The notes under the pieces: generated by a model
Databases searched by the model: none
The model's input: the letters and a program-made list of their open reading frames with translations, nothing else
Told to the model about the DNA's origin: nothing
Shown here: piece after piece, positions 1 to 13,800 of the stretch
How the letters are laid out: each line of letters starts with the position of its first letter
Position numbering within the stretch: the first letter of the stretch is position 1
Program-made: the position numbers and the translations under genes
Source: Euglena gracilis
Taxonomy: Eukaryota
DNA: 64,000 nt
Assembly: GCA_039621445.1 (NCBI GenBank)
Contig: CP154954.1
Location: forward strand, 13,868,387-13,932,386
Reading direction: 5' to 3'

Positions 1-178
1 ACCCACCTCCCGTGACCTGCCCCCCCCCCCCCACCTCCCGGGTGGGCGGGTCGACCCCTCCCCCCACCAGGCCTTCCCGTTCTGCCCTGCCCCCCCGGGG
101 TGGGTGGGTGGGTGGGTCCGGACCCCCTTCCCCCGCCTTGGGTCCTAAAAATACCCCTGAGGGTCGGCCCCTAAGCCC

Positions 179-279
179 AGTTCGCAGCCCAGAACGGGAC
201 GTGGATGCTGCTGACGATCAACATCGCGGCGGCGACCCTCAGCGACCAGCTGCAGAGCGAGCTGGCCGGGTTCCCGGAT
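179..279 (+). CDS. Cyclase gene exon 1 in window ([33 protein letters not shown])
   Basis: GC3-rich codons. An in-frame TAA at 172-174 limits the 5' edge. The following intron pairs caagtg (283-288) with cacttg (3052-3057). Confidence 0.75.
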
Positions 280-1771
280 GGCCAAGTGCCCCCTTCTTTG
301 GAGGAGTGCGAGGAGAGGAGATACCCGCCCCCAGGGCAGAACGGGAATCGGGCAAACAGCCAGGGTGGTGGGTGGGGGGTTCGACCACCCCTCCCCACCA
401 CCTCTTCCCGTATTTCCGGGAGGACCAATTTTCTTTTTTTTTCTTTTTTCGACCGAAATTTTTTTTCCCAAAATGTTTTTTTTTGACCCATTTTGGGACC
501 TTTCAAAAACCCCCCAAAACCCCATTTTTTCACACCTTCCAAAAATTCAACGTTTTCTCAAAATTTTGATTTTGAGAGGTTTTTGAAGCAAAAAAATGCC
601 ATTGAAAATCCAAAAAAATCGAAGAGAAAAAATGTCAGTAATGTCAGTTTTGACTGTGCCAAAATTTGGTGCACTTTTTTTTTGACCTTCATTTTTTTTT
701 TCACCCCCCTCCTAAAAACTACGAATTTTTAACCCTGAAATTGTTGAGATTTTTTTGTGAAAAATGTGGTTTTCCATCAAAAAACCATGTACAGTATGTA
801 GTCATTTTTCAAAAAAAATTAAAAATTTTCCCCAGCCAAAATCCCCGTTAACCCGAAATTTGCGAAAATGCTGTGGTGGGGGGGTTGTATGCATGCATGC
901 ATGTACGTACGTACGTACGTACGTACGTACGTACGTACGTACGTACATACGTATGTATGTATGTATGTATGTACGTATGTATGTATGTATGTATGTATGT
1001 ATGTATGTATGTATGTATGTATGTATGTATGTATGTATGTATGTATGTATGTATGTATGTATGTATGTGTGTGTGTGTATGTATGTATGTATGTATGTAT
1101 GTACGTATGTATGTATGTATGTATGTATGTATGTATGTATGTATGTATGTATGCATGCATGCATGTACGTACGTACGTACGTACGTACGTACGTACGTAC
1201 GTACATACGTATGTATGTATGTATGTATGTACGTATGTATGTATGTATGTATGTATGTATGTATGTATGTATGTATGTATGTATGTATGTGTGTATGTAT
1301 GTATGTATGTATGTATGTATGTATGTGTGTGTGTGTATGTATGTATGTATGTATGTATGTACGTATGTATGTATGTATGTATGTATGTATGTATGTATGT
1401 ATGTATGTATGTATGTATGTATGTATGTATGTATGTATGTACGTATGTATGTATGCATGTGTGTGTGTGCGTATGTATGTATGTATGTATGTATGTATGT
1501 ATGTATGTATGTATGTATGTATGTATGTATGTATGTATGTATGTATGTATGTATGTATGTATGTATGTATGTATGTATGTATGTATGTATGTATGTATGT
1601 ATGTATGTATGTATGTATGTATGTATGTATGTATGTATGTATGTATGTATGTATGTATGTATGTATGTATGTATGTATCCATGTGTGTGTGTGTATGTAT
1701 GTATGTATGTATGTATGTATGTATGTATGTATGTATGTATGTATGTATGTATGTATGTATGTATGTATCCA

Positions 1772-1802
<31 letters not shown>

Positions 1803-4800
1803 TTGTATGTATGTATGCATGCATGCATGTATGTATGTATGTATGTATGTATGTGTATGTAATGTATGTATGTATGTATGTATGTATGTATGTATGTATG
1901 TATGTATGTATGTATGTATGTATGTATGTATGTATGTATGTATGTATGTATGTATGTATGTATGTATGTATGTATGTATGTATGTATGTATGTATGTATG
2001 TATGTATGTATGTATGTATGTATGTACACCCTTGCACAATGAACAGTGGTGTTCGGACCGTCTAGATTTTCACCAGATGCTTTTTTTTGCGTCGCCAAGG
2101 AAATATTCCTTTGTTGCTTGTCCTCTCCTTGCAGATGAGTTCCTCCCAGTTTTTTCTTCTTCAAAAATGGCCAAAAATGGCCTAAAATCGCGAAAAATGC
2201 CAAAGAACATAGCAACTCTTTCAAAAAAAATTGGCGCTTTCGTATAGTATATCCCCCCCCCTGGGAGGACTCACCGGCGGGGGGGGGGGGCACTGAGACC
2301 CCAGCGGTGCCCAGCCTCCTCGCGGCGGGAGGGGGGGCAACGTGTCGAAAGGCACGGCAAACCGGGCGAGAAATTATTTTGGTGGTAATATTTGACCGTC
2401 TGAAAACAAACGGATATGCATATGCCGTTCATTGTTGAGCGATTACACGTGCACTGTTTATGCACGTTTCAAGGCTACATTGAGAAGGTGACAGAATTAG
2501 TGAACACCCATTTCCAATGAACGCCCCCCGTTCGGACCGTCTAGATTGTCACCTTAGTGTTCATTGGGCTGGGTGGGGGGGAGGTATGTGTGTATGTATG
2601 TATGTATGCATGCATCCATGTATGCAGGCATGTATGTACGTATGTATGTATGTATGTATGTATGTATGTATGCATGCATGCATGTATGTATGTATGTATG
2701 TCTGTATGTATGTATGTATGTATGTATGTATGTATGTATGTATGTATGTTTGTATGTATGTATGTATGTATGTATGTATGTATGTCTGTATGTATGTACG
2801 TATGTATGTATGTATGTATGTATGTATGTATGTATGTATGTATGTATGTATGTATGTATGTATGTATGTATGTATGTATGTATGTATGTACGTATGTATG
2901 TATGTATGTATGTATGTATGTATGTATGTATGTATGTATGTATGTATGTATGTATGTATGTATGTATGTGTGCATATTTATGCCTATAAATATTATATGT
3001 ACATAAATAATAACACCAGAAGGTAAGTTTAATACCTGCTTTTTCTGGGGTCACTTGCAGGAGACCGGCTTGTGCTTTTTTTCCGCCAGCCCAATGGCTA
3101 CATGATAGCACCCAGCGCTGGCTTTATATTTTTCTGAGTGTGTGATGATGATATGGGGGTTAGACAGCAAGGATTTGTAATCTGTGCTTTCCTCTAATGC
3201 CATCCGAATTATGCCATTGCTTGTTGGTGGTCTGAAATGACTCCCCTCGACAGTATTCGACATTCAAGCGTTCAAGGGGGTTTGTGCCTTGAGTACTTCT
3301 GTTGCTACTTCGCAAATGCGTCAATTCACCGATGACACATTTTTATCATCCTGAGGGATACTATGATACTAGCAGGGTTTTCTTAAGCCCGAGGGACCCT
3401 ACCTGCGGGGGTTTCAGCCATCCAGCACTTTTTTTTCCAGCCAGCTCCTCCCTTCCGGGCTGCGGACCCCCCCCCCCATCGGGGTCCGCTGAAATAAAGT
3501 TGTGTCCAGCCTGGCGAAGCCGGACTGGACCAAAAATTTTTTGGCGCAAAGTGCCGAAAATTTTTTGAAATGGAGTCAAGGATGGCCCAAAAATGGCCAT
3601 TTTGGGTGGTTTTTGGGTTTTTGTCTCCTATTTTTGGCTGAAAAATGCCAACCCAGCTGGGCATTTTTGGCATTTTTCGGGTGCCCACCGGGTCCAGCTC
3701 CCATACGGGTTCGAACCACCCCACCGGACCCCCCCCCCCGGGGGGGGTCCAGCCAGCACCTTTTTCAACCCAGCACTTTTTTCCAGTCCGCCCGCCCCCC
3801 CCCCCCCCGGGGTCTTTAAGAAAACCCCGGGAAACCAGAATCTGGACAATACCATTGCTCGCCGACTGGTGGGAGCGCTTCTGTTCATTTGAAAACTACA
3901 TTTGTACCTTCCTTCCCCGCTGTCCTCTACCCCCTCACCTCCTGTCCTGTCCTGACCTGTCTCCTCCTTTTGTACCCACTGAACTGCCTGTTAAGGATTT
4001 TTTTGAATTATTCTGTTTAAAAAACGACAATTTCCATGGTTAGAAAGAAATTCTTTCCAGACATTTCTCCTCGCGTCTGGGTACAAATTTCAAGAAAAAA
4101 ACCTTTTTTTCTCCAAGGTCAAAATAGTCAACTTTTTTTCCCCCGACCGGACCCACTGGGAAACTGTCCTCCAACCTCTGTACTCGTTGGCCTGTCCTTA
4201 CAGGGACCTGTCTCCTACCTCTGTACTCGCTGACTTGAGCGAAGCTTACCCCTGAGCAAAAGGGGGGGTCGAACCCCCCTCCCCCACCCCCGGGGTTCGG
4301 GCCCCTTCGGGAACTGGCAAATTATCACCATGATCCTGGATCCGTTCCCGGAATTTCTTTCAGTCGCCTGCAACTGGATTTTTAGTTTCCGAATCACCTC
4401 CGTTTGACCCCCAACTCCCTGCCAGGCCCGAGTTATTCAGCCGTGAAGGGGTCCAAACTGGGTAGGATTGACCCCCCTCTTCCGACTCTGTCGTTTCGCC
4501 GGGTCCAAAAATGGGTCAAAAATTCAATTTTCGAAAATATCTCGAGAAAATGTCCATTATCTCCGGTAGTGTCCCGCTGACAAAGTGTATCCCCAGAGGC
4601 CCTCTATCGCCCCCCATTCGCCGACATGCCTGGCCCGTGTTCCGGTGCGCTCTTGTGGCCCAAAACGGCCATTGTGGGGTGTGTTTTGGACCGTTTTTTT
4701 TTTTGCTCAAAAAATCGATTTTTCCAAGATATCTCGAAATGTCCAGAGAGCAAAAAGGAAGCCCTTGGAATGCCCAATCCAACCATGCTTTACTTTTTCC

Positions 4801-7800
4801 CAAACTCTTTGTGTAGCCCGAGTTGTGGCCATTTTTTCGGCCAATTTTGGCCCGTTTCTGGGACCATTTTGGGTCGTTTTCGAGGTCAAAAATTGATGTT
4901 TTAAAAATATCGCGGGGATGAAGCAAAATCAAAGGAAATGTGCGGAGACCTAAATTGCAGCCCAGACAATGCCCTATCTAACAGTATTTCGATTTCCCCG
5001 CAACTCCGCGCCTAGATCGGAATATGGCCGATTTACAGCCCAACACAGCGCGGCAGCCTTGCGACTTAGCTGGTTTTGGCCGTCATTTGGCTCAAAAATC
5101 GATTTTTCTAAAATTCTTCAAAAATGGTGGGGAATCGAACGAAATTTTCCGAAGACCTCAATTGAAGCGCTTAAAATGCCCAATCTAACAGTATTTTGAT
5201 TTCCCCGAAACTCCCCGCCTAACCCGAGCTACGGCCATTTTCCGGCCAATTTTGGCCGTTTTGTTCAGTTTTGGCTCGTTTTGACCGTTTTCGGCCATTT
5301 TTGGTCAAAAAAGTAAAAAAAAATCGAAAAAGAACTCTTTTTTTTCAAGCCTGAAACTCTGTTTTTTGACCTCCTGGACCCGGAAAAAAATTTTGAGCCT
5401 AAAATCAAAAGAAAATGAGCGTTTTACGATCCCTCCCCCGGCGCCCCCTTTTTGTCCCAAACCCATGGATTATGGGCCATTTCTGGGTCCAAAAAATCCA
5501 AGGAATGGGGTATGGGGGGTATGGGGGAGGGGTTGCTGAGCATTTAACATTTCATAAATTACTGTAAAATCACTGAGAGTTATCATAAATTGTGTTTGTA
5601 TAATTTGTATATCATAAATTACACGAAATTTGTAACGCTAGCCTTTTCGGATTTCCATTACGTGCAAGTCCCATTAAGAGCTCAGCACTGTTCAAAACCT
5701 TGTTTAGTTGATCGGCCTGAGGGTGGGTTATAAGTGGGGGGGTCGCTGAGCTCTTGTCCCTTTATGGGTAAGAGCGAAGCTTACCCCTGGGGAAAAGGGG
5801 GGGGGTCCAACCCACCCTCCCCCCCCCTGGTCAGGGTCCCCTCGGGAACCGGCGGATTATCACCATGATCCCGGTTCTGTTCCTGGATTTTTTTTTCAGT
5901 TGCCTGCGACTGGATTTTTAGTTCCCGAATCACCTTCGTTTGACCCCCAACTCCCTGCGAGGCCTGAGTTATTCACACGCGAAGGGGTCCAAACTGGGTA
6001 GGATTGGCCCGCCCCCCCCCTCTTTCGACTCTGCCATTTCGCCGGGGTCCAAAAATCGGTCAAAAATCGAAAATATCTCAAGAAAACGTACATTATTTTC
6101 GGAAATGTCTGACGAAATGTACCCCTGGATACCCTCTACCGTCCCCCGTTCGCCGTTTTGGCCGCCGAAATGCCTTGGCCTGTGTTCCGGTGTGCTTTTG
6201 CGGCCCAAAACGGCCACTTTGCGGTGCTTTTTTTTGGCCATTTTTGGGCAAAAATTGATTTTTCTAAAATATCTCAACAATGAAGCAAAATCAAAGAAAA
6301 TGTTCGAGTGCAAAAATGAAGCCCTTGGAATGCTCAATCCAACCATGGTTTATTTTTCCCTCAACTCCTCGTGTAGCCTGAGTTACGGCCATTTTTCGGC
6401 CAATTTTGCCCCGTTTTAGGGGCCATTTGGGGCTGTTTTTGGGGTCAAAAAAATCAATGTTTTCAAAATATCTCGGAAATGAAGCAAAATCAAAGGAAAC
6501 ATCTGAGACCTGCTTTGAAGCCCTTGGAACGCCCTATCTAACACTATTTTGATTTCCCCGCAACTCCCCATCTAGCTCGAGTTACGGCCATTCTTCGGCC
6601 AAGTTTGGCCATTTTGTACAGTTTTTGGCTTGTTTTGACTTAGCCGTTTTTTTTTTTGCCTGAAACAATGTTTTTTTTTTGCCTCCCGGACCCGGAAAAC
6701 CTGTCTTTCAGCCGAAAATGAGCATTTTTCGACCCGCCAGCGCCCCGTTTTGGGCCCGAAACCCATTGACTTTGGGTCAAAACCGGGTCAAAAAAGTCGA
6801 AAAAAATCGAAAACAACATTTGCCCGAAACGATGTTCTTTGGCCTCCCGGACCCGGAAAACCTGTTTTCGAGCCGAAAATGAGCGTTTACGACCCCCCCC
6901 CCCCGGCGCCCCGTTTTGGGCCTGAAACCCATGGACTTCGAGTCAAAACGAGGTCAAAAAGTTTGAAAAAGATCCAATAAACCGGGTGTATGGGGTATGG
7001 GGGGGTTAAACTTTCATTAACATTTCAGAAATTTTTCGTAAAATTACTGTAAGTCACCGTAAATTGCAAGGGTGTCATTTGCAAGTTTTAAATTACACGA
7101 AACTTGCAACGCTAGTCTTTTCTGGCTTTTATTACATGCATGTCCCATTAAGAGCTCAGCACTATTCAAAACCTGGTGATTAAGTGGGGGGGTTTATTTT
7201 GTTATAATTGTTGAAGTTCGGCAATGATCACCCACATGTAGAATTACAAAAAATTAAAAATATTGCGCCAAAGCGCAATGTGTTTTTATTTTTGCAATGG
7301 AAAAAATAGGTGTGCCATGGCACAACTGAGCAATGGAGTCCCCTCGTTTCATTACTGGGCGCTTTGTGTTCATGCACACTGGGCCCCAGGAGCGCTGTGC
7401 CCTTGGACTGTAGAATTCCAAGTAGTTGTTATCGTCCTCTTGCCTGATTTTGAGGGGCGCCGATTTCAGGTCAAAATTTTCCCTCAGCACCTTTGGCATC
7501 AAAGGAAATTTTTCTTGCGAGGTGCTGTGGTGGGGCGGGTCGACCCTCCCCCCACCACCCAGAGTTGGGGTTGACCCCCCACCAGACTTTCCCAAACAGC
7601 CCTGGCACTTTCAACCCCCACCCCCTGGAGTTTTGGGTAGTGCTCCAGCACACCCCCACCACAGCCCTGATAGTGCCTCTTTTCAGGGAACCCAAAACCA
7701 ACCCTGGGGATGGAGTTGTTATGGAGAACCCATGGCCGAAGTCGAACCTTTTCCTCACCCCCAGATTGCCAAAAAGTCGCCCGAAGTCGTGGTATGCCGT

Positions 7801-10800
7801 AGTCCTGCTTTCGTGGCCATCGGGCTGGCCCGTCCATTCGCGCAAAAAAATGGGACTCCGGGCCGTTGGCGTCGAGCCGCCGCTGCCCGCAGCCTCCCAC
7901 GGGAAGTACTTCAGCGACAGCGACGTGGACCTGCGTTACATCAACCCGCTGGTGAACCCGCCCAACGTCTCCGCCTACCGTCTGTGGACCTGCCTGCAGA
8001 GCGACGACACGCTCATCGCACAGGCCTGCCAGCTACTCTACGGTAGGTACCGGCCAGGGGAAGGGTCTGGAAGGGTTTTGCAGGCCTTTGAACACACAGC
8101 AACGTCATTAAGAAGGTATCTTTTTGTGGATAAATCACCATCACCTTTTAGCAGCCCTGAGTCTAAAAAATGTCAACTCTCCTGAATGAACACCATTTTG
8201 TCACTCCAGCACCTCGTGCCAGTAATTTCCCATATTTTTTTTCAAGTTGTGTCAAAAATACATATATTAAATATATATTTAATATTAATACATAATATAA
8301 ATAGTAAATAATATGTAACAATAAATGAGAGATAATAAATGCGTATGAAATACTGGATATTTTCGGCTAAAATATTTTAAGCAGCACAAAAATCATTTTT
8401 TTTCTCCCCCCTCTCCACCCGAGAAGAACTCGTTTTTGTCGTTACTAGTGTTTTATGTGTCTTTTTGTGTGGATCCACGTTGTTGTTCTGCCAAGGTCTC
8501 AGGCTTGCAGACACCCTTCTCTCCTGACCTCCCCTGTCCCCAGTCCTGGACGGCCATTCCTGAAATGAAGCCAGGGGCTGTTCTTATCCAGAACCATTTG
8601 CACCACCTTTCTCCCTCTCATTCCTCCCGTTGTATATGAGCGATGTATGGAAAGCCCTACCACGTATTTGAGGTTGTTGTTTTCTTCCGGTGCATAGCGC
8701 CGGAAAATGAGCAAAGCAGCGGCTTTTTTGAGTCAACCCAAGTTTTCCACCCTATTGGTTTCCTCTGAAGGGTTCGAACCCCTAAAATCCAGGACGGCCC
8801 ATAAGGAAGGGGAAGGACCGCCCCATTAAGGACCGCCCTGGGCCCCAGTTCTGGACGGCTGAACTGGGGCTTGAACGGGGTCAAAAATGAAAATCTGAAA
8901 AACACATTTTTTTGACAGTTTGGGTGGATGGGCGATGATCCAAGGGTGCCAAAAATGACTTTATTTCCCTGAAGTCGGCCCGTTTTTGCCAAAATATGGC
9001 CGTTTTTTCAGTCGTTTTTCCCATGCATTTTCCATTGAATGTGCTGGGACGGGAGGTTTCATTCTCGGTTCAGGACCAGGCTGTATTATAGCCGGGTGCC
9101 GACCCCACCCCGGGGGGGTGCCTGCCTGGGCAGGCACTCCAAGGCACTTCAAATCCGACCCTCCCCCCCCCCAGGGGGGGGGTAGGGCACTCGGCCAAAC
9201 GTGCCTAGCAGGCACTCTGGCACCAAAGGCTCCGGAAGGCTCAAAAAGGCCTATTTTCAAGGAAAATGGCCTATTTTCTAAGGAAATTTCCTGGGCACAG
9301 GCCGGAATCCGACCCCCCTGGTGGGGGGTAGTGCCCGGGCAGGCACTCAAGGGCACTCCGGACCCCCTCCCCCCCGGAGTTTGTAAAAAAACAGCCCCCC
9401 GCCCCTCGAGATCCATAAGAACACCCCTGGCTGGGACAAGAGGTTCTGTTGACTGGTCAGCGATATTGGGTGGCCACTGGCTACAGCTCTGGTGACTGGG
9501 CCGGCGATGGTTGACCTGGGTGTCGTCGAACACAGAGGAGGGAACTGAATTGGGAAGCGGGCGTCCCGTCAGGTATCACCTGTTTGGGAATACCCGTCAG
9601 ACAGGTGGTAGTATTTCATTAGGTGGAATTGTATTGGGTTTTATCGTATTAGGCGTGATTGAATGAGGGAGTATTGTATTGGGTATTTTTGTTTCAGGTA
9701 TTCCCGTATTGTGTACCATTGTATTAGGCATCACCGTCTTCGGGAAAATTAAAAAAGCAGGTTGTGCTCCGGCAAGAAGTGTTGGTTTGCGGGCAGCTGC
9801 TCCCATTTGGCTTGGCACTGCATGGACAGGCACACCAAGACAGTGAGTTGGATTGTAAAAGGTTGATGCACGTCCAGCCAGCCAACCAGCCAACCAGCCA
9901 GCCAGCCAGCCTGCCTGCCTGCCTGCCTGCCCGTACATTGGGCTGGCAACAATTTTTCAAGCCCCCCCCCCCAAAGATGCGCGCTAAAAAAGTGGCTTAG
10001 GGGCCGCTAAGTTCTGGCCCCTGATGAGGTTTCTTCAGGATGAACAAGCCAACAAATTGCTCTCCTGGCCAACCAATAGTGACCAGCGATATTTATTGGT
10101 GGACAATGGTGCGGGGGTGTGGGGTGTGGAGGCAGTGGTTCGTCTCCAGCCCAGCAGCACCCTGCAGTGCACGGTGCTGATGCTGAAGAACCGGGCGTCG
10201 GTAATGGGAAGCATTGATGCCACTAACGCTCAAGTGGACCAGTCCGTGTCGGACAAGAAGGGCGTCACAGCCGGGGAACTGAACGATTGTCTCTGGAATT
10301 GCATTTAGTTCAGGTTTGACCTCTTCCCCAAAAGGCGCCGGAAGTGCTTTCCCTTTACCCCGTGAAAACTCCACGGCAGAACAACGCTTCAATATTTTTC
10401 AGGTGTGAGATCCTGACCTGCTGAACGAGTCAAAGGAACAGCCGAACTTCACTTGAATGTCATCCTCATCCATGCGAAGTACCATCAATGTCCAATGACA
10501 CTGTCTTTCTTCGAACAAAGCGGGTGTTCCTGGACGGGAGGGGGGGACCAGACTAAGAGGGACCCAGAGGGACTAGAAAAGCTTGAAAAAGCACTCCAAA
10601 AATACCGTTGTGTGGTTTTAGCATCACACCGGTCATGTTTTTTTTTTTGCCAGCTGGCATTTACGTAGTTACGCTGCCCAGCGGCCATGGCAAACGCCTG
10701 ACGGCAACTGCTTGGTTTGTTTGGGTGGTTTTCTTTTCTGTTCTTTTTTTTATCTTTGTGTCGAAAGCGGAACCCCCATGGACGGTGGCCACCCCGCCGC

Positions 10801-13800
10801 ACACCCCCGGCCCACCATGGCTCGGCGGATGCGTGGGCTCCCCCCCCCCCCGCAGCCCCCCGCCCCAGGTGGCCATCCTGGGGGCGGTCAGCGCTGTGGC
10901 GGTCCTCCTGCCCCTCGGCGTGGGGCTGTGGCTGGGGACGCGGCTCCATGCGCTGGCGCGGGGGCCCAGGGGTCCGCCCACGCCTACGAGGGTGTGGCCC
11001 ACCAGGCTTCTTTTTAACTCAGTAGACCCTCCCGGGGGGGGGGAGTCCAGGGCTGGACACCCCCGGGGGCCAGGGGGGGGGTCCCAGGCCAGAGTCCCAG
11101 TTATGGGTAACAGCACAAAGCGCATTTTTTTTGGATATGCCCTCAGACGGCCTGATTTTGGGGGGGGGTCCCCTCCCCCTCCCTCGCTGGGGTCTTTAAA
11201 AGAAGCCTGCCCACCCCGGGAGGCTGGCGCCGTGGGGAGGGAGGGGTGTCTGACCGGCTGACTTGTCCTGTGGGAAGGTTCACTACAGGGCCCCCTGTTA
11301 TCACTCAGGTTTGAGCTTACGGGTTTGTCAGGCGGCAATTTTCAGCAATGGGAGGGGAGAGTGTTGTCTGCAAACCTGTGAGCTCCAGGGAAATATCTTC
11401 CACCCGCTGTGCCCACCGACCACGATGGTATTTGATAATATTGATAGCATTTGCCATTGAAACTGCATTTTTTCTCAGCTTCTGTGCAACAAAAATGGCA
11501 TTATCTCTTGGCCATTAATCACATATTTCCAAGGAATGGGAATTGGGAATTATTATTTTGATCTGTAACCTATTTGGCCTCTGACCTAGTAAAAAGTATG
11601 CTTTCACATCTGTCACAAGCAACCTCTGTCTTGGGGAACGTTTCCAGTTTTTTTTTAATTTATGTCATGGCCCCCTAGTTTAGGGGTGGGGTGTCTCAGG
11701 TTGAGGTGGTGCCCCCCCCCAAATCAGAGTTCCTGACCCTTGACACCGGGAAGTCCATCGCACCCAATCTCTGCCTTCCCCTTGAGGACCCTTGGGCCTG
11801 AGGACTGGCCAAGGGCTGGGCTTGAATGGGGTCAAAATGAAAAAAAAATGAAAAGAAAACACATTTTTGAATTTTTGGCTGGATTGTTGATGGCCCAAGG
11901 AATGCAGAATTTTTTTTTACCCCCCCGAAAGTGGTTTTGCCAAAGTATGGCCGGTTCTCCCGGCCATTTTTTCCCCTGTGGATTTTGCATTGGATGCACA
12001 GGGACCGGTTTTTTTTTTTTGCTGAAGGACCGCCCCGCATAAAGCTGGTGCTGACTGTTTTTTTTGCCACCCGCCATCGAGTATTTGCCTCCAAGTCCAT
12101 CCCATCTGTGGCCTCAGGGTTAGTGGCCCCGGCACGCCAGGAACGCCCCACCCCCCCACCCCCATACTAACTCTCCCGCTGTGGCCGGGGCCCTGTCCTC
12201 TGATGGACCGCATCGCCCAGCTGCAGTTCACGGCCACCGCCGCGAAACCCACCGTGTTCCAGCCATAGATTCACTCAACACCTGTGACCCCACCCTTGGG
12301 GGGGGGGGGAGGGTGTGGGGGTGATATTGGCCTGGCCGAGCCTGGCCTAGGGCCAGGCTGGATTTTTTCCCCAGCGTTTTCGGCCGATTTCTGCTGCGTT
12401 TTGTGTGTATGTGGGTGGGTGTCGGGGAAGGGGGGGTGGTTTTTCGAAAAAAAAGTGGGTGGGTGGGTTTTGGCCCGGGAAGGAATGCCGCCACCCCTGT
12501 GGTTACTGAGTGAGTCCCTGATTCCGGGAGTTACACCGCTTCCAGGCCTCCTTCACCCAGATGGAGCGCGGCCTGCGGGCGTTTGGGAACAGGGACTTTT
12601 TCACACCAAGGTGCCCCAGCCCCTCCTTGGCCAGGGTGCGGCAGCCCCCCCCCCCCCGGGAAACTGTCACCCATGGGAACCTGTCACCAAAACCCCGCAC
12701 TCGCTGACCTGTCACAAAAGGGACCTGTCACCTAGCTCTGTACTTGTTCACTTGTCAGGTGACAGTTTCCCGGGGGTGGTAGCCCGCGCAATTTCAGACC
12801 GGGCAGCCGAGCTTGGCGGCTGTCCACCCCCCCCCCCCAGCGCCGGCCAAGCAAGCTGAAACTCCACGGTGCAAAGCACCAAAAAACCTTGGGGGAAACG
12901 GCCCGAATCGGTCGAAAATGGCGTTGTTGAGGGATTTGGAGCATAGGTTCATTTAGCATCTGGCTGACCCCACCCACCCCGGGGAGGGGATTTTCGAGAG
13001 TGGGTGGGTGGATTCGAACCACCCCCTCCCGAGTCTTGGGTCAGATTTTGGCCCAGACGAAGGCCGGAAAACGCTTTTCGGCGTTTTCCGCCGAATTTGC
13101 TTGTGTGGGAGGTTAGGTAGATGGGTGGTTGATCCCGGGGGGGGGGAGTTCGTGGGTGGGTGGGTTTTCCAAAAAAATGGGCGGGTGCGTGGGTTTGGGT
13201 CCGGGGAGAAGTGCCCCCCCCATTTTAAAAAGGTCCGGGACAAAACTGTGGCAAATACCATATGGAACAGATGTGGGCAATTTCTTGGTTCCAGCCCAGG
13301 TCCACCCAGCTGTCGGCTCCCCCCCAATCCACCCAAGGCTGTGGGGAATCTCCAAACCCCATGGGTGATTGGGTGGGGGGGGTCGCCCCCCCCCCCTGCA
13401 GGCCTTCCCCTATTTCTGGGGTGCCGTTTTTTAGGCCGCATCATTTTTTTCTCGGCACCTTCTCTCTCCGAAGGAATTTTGAATTTTTATTTTCGCAGTG
13501 CTGTGGTGTGTCAGGTAGGGGTCGCCCCCCCCCCCCCCCTCACCAGCCCCTCAGACCTGTCCCAAAAATCCCTGCATGGGAAGTTCGTGCCGCAGGCGGT
13601 GGTGAAAGTGCTGGGCAGCCTCCCGGCTGAACTGTGGGTTGGTTGAGTAGTTCTTTTTGTCTGGGCATTGCCACACCTTGCGACGTGACTGGGATGGAAC
13701 TCCTTTCGAAGCAGCCAGCAAATAGACCCGTTTGTCTTTGCATTTTTTTCTCCGCAGGAAAGAAGGGCTTCGTGTCCCCATCCCCCTCTCCAACGTTGTC

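Noticed and set aside
764-2293. 300-480-aa ORFs (YVCM/HTYI repeats), likewise at 19490-23441, 30450-31258, 49479-50382 and 52655-53224
   Set aside because: These are translations of stop-free tetra- and dinucleotide microsatellites, open in most frames.
281-3060. Intron 1 as a GC-AG spliceosomal intron
   Set aside because: It is frame-compatible and cannot be excluded. However, gccaag is a poor donor and 280-3062 fits the paired-end geometry seen at the other introns.
8043-8048. GTAGGT as a conventional donor for exon 3
   Set aside because: The nearby cag acceptor (8541-8543) would be out of phase. The paired-end junction 8051/8542 gives a continuous YGRYQSW frame.
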